This document shows positions 57,187 to 64,000 of a stretch of 64,000 nucleotides of DNA, piece by piece. The stretch lies in NCBI GenBank assembly GCA_000091205.1, contig AP006502.2; one strand, written 5' to 3'. The notes beneath the pieces are model-generated. The model had not been told where the DNA came from, did no database searches, and saw only the letters and a list, made by a program, of their open reading frames with translations. The position numbers and the translations under genes were made by a program. Positions within the stretch are counted from its first letter, which is position 1; every line of letters begins with the position of its first letter. The stretch comes from Cyanidioschyzon merolae (Eukaryota).

Positions 57187-59625
57187 CATCCGGGGCAGCG
57201 CGAGACACCGAATAGGTGGCGGGAGCATCCGAACGAGCCCCGTGGTATCTCAACCTGGGGCAAGCGCTGGCGAGCCCATTCAGCTGGGTCCTTGATCGAC
57301 GACAGCATCGCCTGCGGTGACGTGTTATACGCATCCAGAACTGCAGCGTGGATCTGGGCGAGACCCATTACGTACTGACATCCCGGAGCGAATGCACGAT
57401 GTAGCCACGCAGTGCTCGGGGATGCTTCTCTTCCACTGTTGGGGTTCGTTCGACAGAGGCGTGCGCTCCCAGCTTGCCCTGGACGAAAAGGCGGCGCGGT
57501 TCCACGTAGACTCTTTGAGGAAACCTGTTGCTTTGTTCTGGCGACGTAGGCAAAGCTCCATGCTCTGTAGCGATATTCTAGCGGACATGTGGTATTTCGA
57601 GAACGCGCATGTCGCTGAATAGCATCCAGGTCGTCATCATTGCATGCAGCTCATAAAGATATTCCATCGCATCGAGTTTTGCCCGTGGACTGGCCGACGA
57701 GGTGCCCGCAGCGTCGGTACCAGCCCCCAGCGTACTCCATCGGGCGTTGTGTGGCACTGGATGCACGTTTCCGTTGGGTATACCCATTTCGTAATCGAAT
57801 GGAATGGACCTACGAAGTTAACTCAGGTGTACATGCGCAAAATTTGGATTGCTTCGCACTGTGATCAACAACAGCCTTTGCGGGCGTTTCCTGCCACTGC
57901 TTCCTTCTCCTCTCGTATTCTGACTCGAAATACGCCGGTCGCTCTGTTTCTTCCAGCACTGTTGGATGCAGTCAACGGATGTTTATGATATCTTTAGGGC
58001 GCCCCGATGTTGCTGCGTCTGCCAGCTGTTGGGCACGAATCCCATGCACAGGCACGAGCAGCGGTCTACGCTTCCCTTGTCATTTTCTTGTTCTTGAAAT
58101 GAAGCTTCGGTGCGCGGTTTGCCGCGATGACACTTGACTGCGGTCAGGTATTGCCGTACTTACTCCAGAACGCCTCCTTCAAAGGCCTACCCTCCGGCGC
58201 TCGAACGCTCCCGTTGATGGGCTCCTCCTATGCCGGCACCCGGTGCCGTGCCCTGCGTCCGGGGGCTTGTTCTTGGTAACCGCCTTGGCGAACGTTCTTT
58301 TCGCTCCATTCGATGACGCAACCTTCTTGCATGCTTTTCATTTTCTAAAAAAGCTTTCGAAAACTATGCCGATGAGCGTTATGAGGGTCGAGGTGCCCTG
58401 CCCACACATAGGCGGAGTGTGCACGTTTTCCACCAGCTTACGATAAAGTAGCCACGGCTTCCGAGACGCTCTGGGGTTTCACTCGCACATCGGACCATGC
58501 CCCGATCCGGTTTCTTCCGCTGAGACGAGTATGATACGCGTGCAAGTGGAGCTTTTGACTATAGACGCCATTCGGAGTGTTCGAAACTCGTGCCTCCAGA
58601 GCATTGTCGTTTACCAATGGCGGAGATGGATCGGACGCCACTGCGGATTTCGCAGAAGCGCAGGTGCCAACGTTCGCTCTCCCCGCGTCCGGGCGTGCGC
58701 CAAGCGCACCAGGGCGCAACTCCGAGAAACCACACTTCTCTACTGCTTGACATACCGCCAAGTGTCTCCTCTTGTGCGCTATGTGACTGTCGTGAGGCAT
58801 CCAGCATTTTCGCACTCGATGATGATCGACAATCCCTGGTCATCAATCATAATGGACGACAATGCATCTGCTCGCTATAGAGCAAATATCCCTTCCCTCC
58901 CTTTTTGATTGTCCTTCACACCTTCCTTCGCCTTCCGTCGTTATTCGTTCCTCCAACTGCTTCTGAGCGCCTTCGAGGCTCTGGGCGAAACGTGCCTAGT
59001 TCGGATTCTGGGATTCGGGGAAGTTCGGCTGCGTCTGGGTATCGCCCTGTTCGCGATGGACTCCTAGTTGATCGCTTCGCGCTCTCGCAGGCAGTACGTC
59101 TGTCTGTACGACTTGCAGGCTCCGAAAATGAGTGTGTACTCCGACCCCGTATCAGATGAAGCATTCGTCGAGCCGACGCCCTCAGTATTACGGGAAAGCC
59201 CTTCCATTTCCGTGATGCAGCGGCACCGGCGGCATAGGCGCTACAGCGGACGGTCAAAGCAGGCACTCTGCTCTCGATAGAATTTACGAAACAACCAGGA
59301 CATCAAGCAACAGGTGATGGAACTTTCAGGTAAGCTGCAGCATAATCATGAACGCTTTTTCGATTATGAATACCCATCTATCCCACAAACTGGGATATCC
59401 ATAGTCCATCGAGCTCTTTCATCATTGGTAAAAAAGATCACCGCTGCCGTCGCTCAGCCGACGCCTCCGGGCACCGCGGCACGAAACGGGACGTCTCAAT
59501 CAACGTTTTCGTTGTGCTGAGACAACGTATCCGTCGGATAAACGTGTTTGACACGAGTGCGTTTCAGCTGTCGTTCGCATAAACCATTCGAAACAAGGCA
59601 CGAGAATACTCAACTCTGATTACCC

Positions 59626-60366
59626 GTGATGGACCCTTTTGGTTCCGATCGATTCTTCCGTCCGGAGACGTTCAAGAACTTCCGGGAGCTGACACCGGCA
59701 GTCCGCCAACACTTGGCCCTCGTGTACCGCACTCTGTTCTACGCGGTTGTTTGGGCTGCTCTGGGTTGCTTCGTTCAACTGAACTACGGTGCGTCGTTAC
59801 CACTGCCGACTGGGCTTCTCACGACACTGGCTACGTTTGGGACGTTGTTTTTATGTAACTCGGGCGGCCTCTCGCTGGAGACCAGACAACGGCTGTTGAT
59901 GCTGTTTGCTGCGCTTCAGGGGTATGGTGCGGCACCAGTTGTTCAAGTCGCCCTTGATGTGGACGAGTGGCTGCTGCTCCAAGCGCTGCTCGCAACTGCG
60001 GCAGTTTTCGGGGCTTTCTCGCTGGCTGCACTGCACGCGAAACGTCGCTCGTACCTCTACCTGGCGAGCTGGTTGGGTAGCGCGCTCTCTGTTTTGACGT
60101 TTTTGGGGCTTTGGGGCCTGATAACCGGCGGCCTCGGTGACTGGAGTCTGGCTGTTCTCATTTACGGCGGTTTGATGGTATTCGCTGGTTATGTGATACT
60201 GGATACGCAAGTGATCGTCGAGCGCGCCTCCAACGGCGACCGGGACCATGTGCGACACAGTTTGGAGCTCTGGATGGATCTCTTTGCCATATTCGTTCGA
60301 GTTGTGATCGCGATGCTTCGCAGCCAAGAGACGCGAGAGCGTCGTCGGCGAGAACAGCACAAGTAG
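59626..60366 (+). CDS. Bax inhibitor-1 / TMBIM family membrane protein.
   Basis: Seven hydrophobic segments and the C-terminal BI-1 signature ILDTQVIVERASNGDRDHVRHSLELWMDLFAIFVRVVIAMLR followed by a basic tail. Confidence 0.8.
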   Translation: MMDPFGSDRFFRPETFKNFRELTPAVRQHLALVYRTLFYAVVWAALGCFVQLNYGASLPLPTGLLTTLATFGTLFLCNSGGLSLETRQRLLMLFAALQGYGAAPVVQVALDVDEWLLLQALLATAAVFGAFSLAALHAKRRSYLYLASWLGSALSVLTFLGLWGLITGGLGDWSLAVLIYGGLMVFAGYVILDTQVIVERASNGDRDHVRHSLELWMDLFAIFVRVVIAMLRSQETRERRRREQHK

Positions 60367-61244
60367 ACTCGCGAGAGCGTGTTAGTGGAACGGCGCAATG
60401 GTTCAGGCGCCAGTGCATCCGTGGACCGCGCTCGGGATACGGTAGTTGTCGCGGCATCAAGGGCTCTGTGAGCGGGGACGCGCCACCCATGCATACACAT
60501 CAAAAACTTTTCGTCGTCCTATATTAGAAAGCACTGTGCATCTCTTCGCTGATGAAATATCGCAGTGCAGCAGCACCAACGGGCCACAGGGCGCGCGTAA
60601 AGCGAGCAACAAGGTTCCGCAGAAAGTCGTTCAGCAACTTCAAGGAGAACAGGGTTTGCCCGCGGCAAAACGTTCCCCGCCACGCATGTCGTGTGTTTGT
60701 GATCCAGACCAGCACTACGTATCAGGTCTCTTCGATCATTCGGTAAAACTTGCGATGCCTGTGCACTAAATCGAGAACCAAAAACACAGACAAATTTTCG
60801 AGAAGCTATCGCCCATGAGCAATCGGTGCTGGTAACGTCGAGCGCTACACACGGGGCAATCCTGGATGCTGAGACGATCATGCATGGTTCTGGTACAGGG
60901 CCCATGAACTTCTTCGTTCCTGGACAGGGGTTCAATACACTTGTGAACACATGACACCATCGAAGCGTGTTCAGCTGATTCCATCGCAACAGCGCTTCGC
61001 ATAGCAGAGCTCGATTCATGCCGGTGAAAGCACCGTGGGTACGAACGCCTCGTACCAGCGGACTCGAAAGGGTGCGCTCCGACGCAATACAAGCATACGA
61101 GGCTGAGCGGATACCCCCTTGCCCCCGCCCCGGCTACGACAACGCCACAAGGCCACCAGCAAGACGTACTGGTGTCGCTCTGGTCAACACCATGACTCAC
61201 GCCTTCGTCGCCTATGACGCTCCAGAGCCTAATCAATGCTGCAT

Positions 61245-62729
<1,485 letters not shown>

Positions 62730-64000
62730 TCAGTTAGCAAGAGCCAGGGACACCGCAGGTTTCGCCAAAATACGTTGGGACGTTTCTGGGGCGCGGCAGT
62801 TGTCGCTGGGGAACTGCTTCGAAAGCGAATCGCAGCATTGAGGCGCAGCACGCTGCCACTCCTCGTGCCTTCGCTGCTGGAACAGAGCGATTTCTCGGGA
62901 GCGGCTTATAAAGTGCCCCGTAGGATGCAGAAGACTGCTGCATCTCGGAACACGCTTTACTATCGAATGATAAGGAACACTTGTCGTTCATTAACTGTGG
63001 AGGGAAATCGTTTCTGGTCCACGCACCTGTCTATATACGGCGCTGCAGCGTGCCTGCATTGCTGAGTTGTACCGTGCAAGTGCCTTGCTGCAGGCGCGAA
63101 GAGAACGCCGCCTCCTCTGACCAGTGATTTTCGTCATAGAAAGCCTTTGGGGTTTCACGGCAATGTCCGCACGAAGCACGAGACGATTCGATCGAGTCTT
63201 CGCCGGGCACCACGTCGCTGGACGCTCCGAAAGCATGAGACCTGTTCGAACGCTGACCAAAGCGTTCAAGTCTCGACGCAGAGCGTGCTTGCGCGCATGG
63301 TTGCAGGAGGAATCACGCCAGAGCAGGGTGCTCACCTTCGATATCCTCGCGGTCTGACAACCGTGTAGCGTATCAAACACAATATCTGGTGCGTCCGTCT
63401 CTAGCTCATGCTCTGCCTCTCTGCCCGTTTCATCATCCTCCTGTGTTCTTCATTCGCGGATGTTGTCCTGCACGCAACGATGGGCATCGTACAGAATCGA
63501 TGCCTTTGCTCGTTCGACGCTGCCCTCTAATGAGCAGTAGTGCAGGATTTTTGCGATACACCAATTCTAGCGCCAGAGGCTACCAAGATACGATACGACT
63601 CGTCGGACATTTTCCGCTACAACGCATTGAGCGATTTGGAGGACGCACGCTTTTGGCGTCCGCACAACAGACACCGTTGCGTATCCTAGCGGTGTCGTAT
63701 AGACTCTGGTTAAAGCTCCTCTGCATGAGCCATTTGGACGCTAAGGTACTCCCCGAATAAAGCGTACAGACCATGCTGCTTGGCCCCGTGCGGAGCCCAG
63801 TATGTCGAGCCTAGCCCTGTCGCCGTCGTTTCTCTAGTTGGAATGCGTGCCGGCGTCGAGCAGGCCTGTCTTGTCACTATGGAGATCGCTGGAAAATATG
63901 AGACGATTCATGTTGGTTCCATTCTGGTTATCGGTTCCGTCCTGTTGATGCTGAGGTACGGCGACGACGATGATGCCCTGGCACCCGGGATCCGTGCCCT

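Overview
This 64 kb window reads as nuclear DNA from a GC-rich (~55-58%), intron-poor unicellular eukaryote, not a prokaryote. It carries eukaryote-specific cytosolic ribosomal proteins eS17 and uS2/RPSA, RuvB-like 2, Bax inhibitor-1 and Trm8, each as one uninterrupted ORF, with genes on both strands about every 3-4 kb. Several products look organelle-targeted: NAD-isocitrate dehydrogenase, ribosome recycling factor, FabD, GrpE and a HAT-repeat RNA-processing protein. Together with a plant-type monodehydroascorbate reductase and a secreted alpha-carbonic anhydrase, this suggests an algal or other plastid-bearing protist lineage; that is an inference from gene content, not a database match. The stand-out feature is a degraded Fanzor/TnpB-like (OrfB_IS605 / RuvC-like) gene at ~9.5-11.7 kb. 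It is split over four reading frames, has an in-frame stop, sits in a compositionally distinct island that is lower in GC and has an AT-rich leader, and abuts the start of a membrane-anchored alpha/beta-hydrolase gene. Also present are a ~570-bp dispersed repeat family (two ~98% identical copies 8.7 kb apart plus an older diverged copy), three tandem minisatellite-like duplications of 82, 90 and ~105 bp, and two orphan proteins of 518 and 746 aa. No rRNA or tRNA genes and no CRISPR arrays were found. All calls come from reading the sequence and ORF track, with no searches run. At one junction (10861-10921) the ORF track and my reading of the printed sequence disagree by one nucleotide, so exact frame junctions there should be recomputed.
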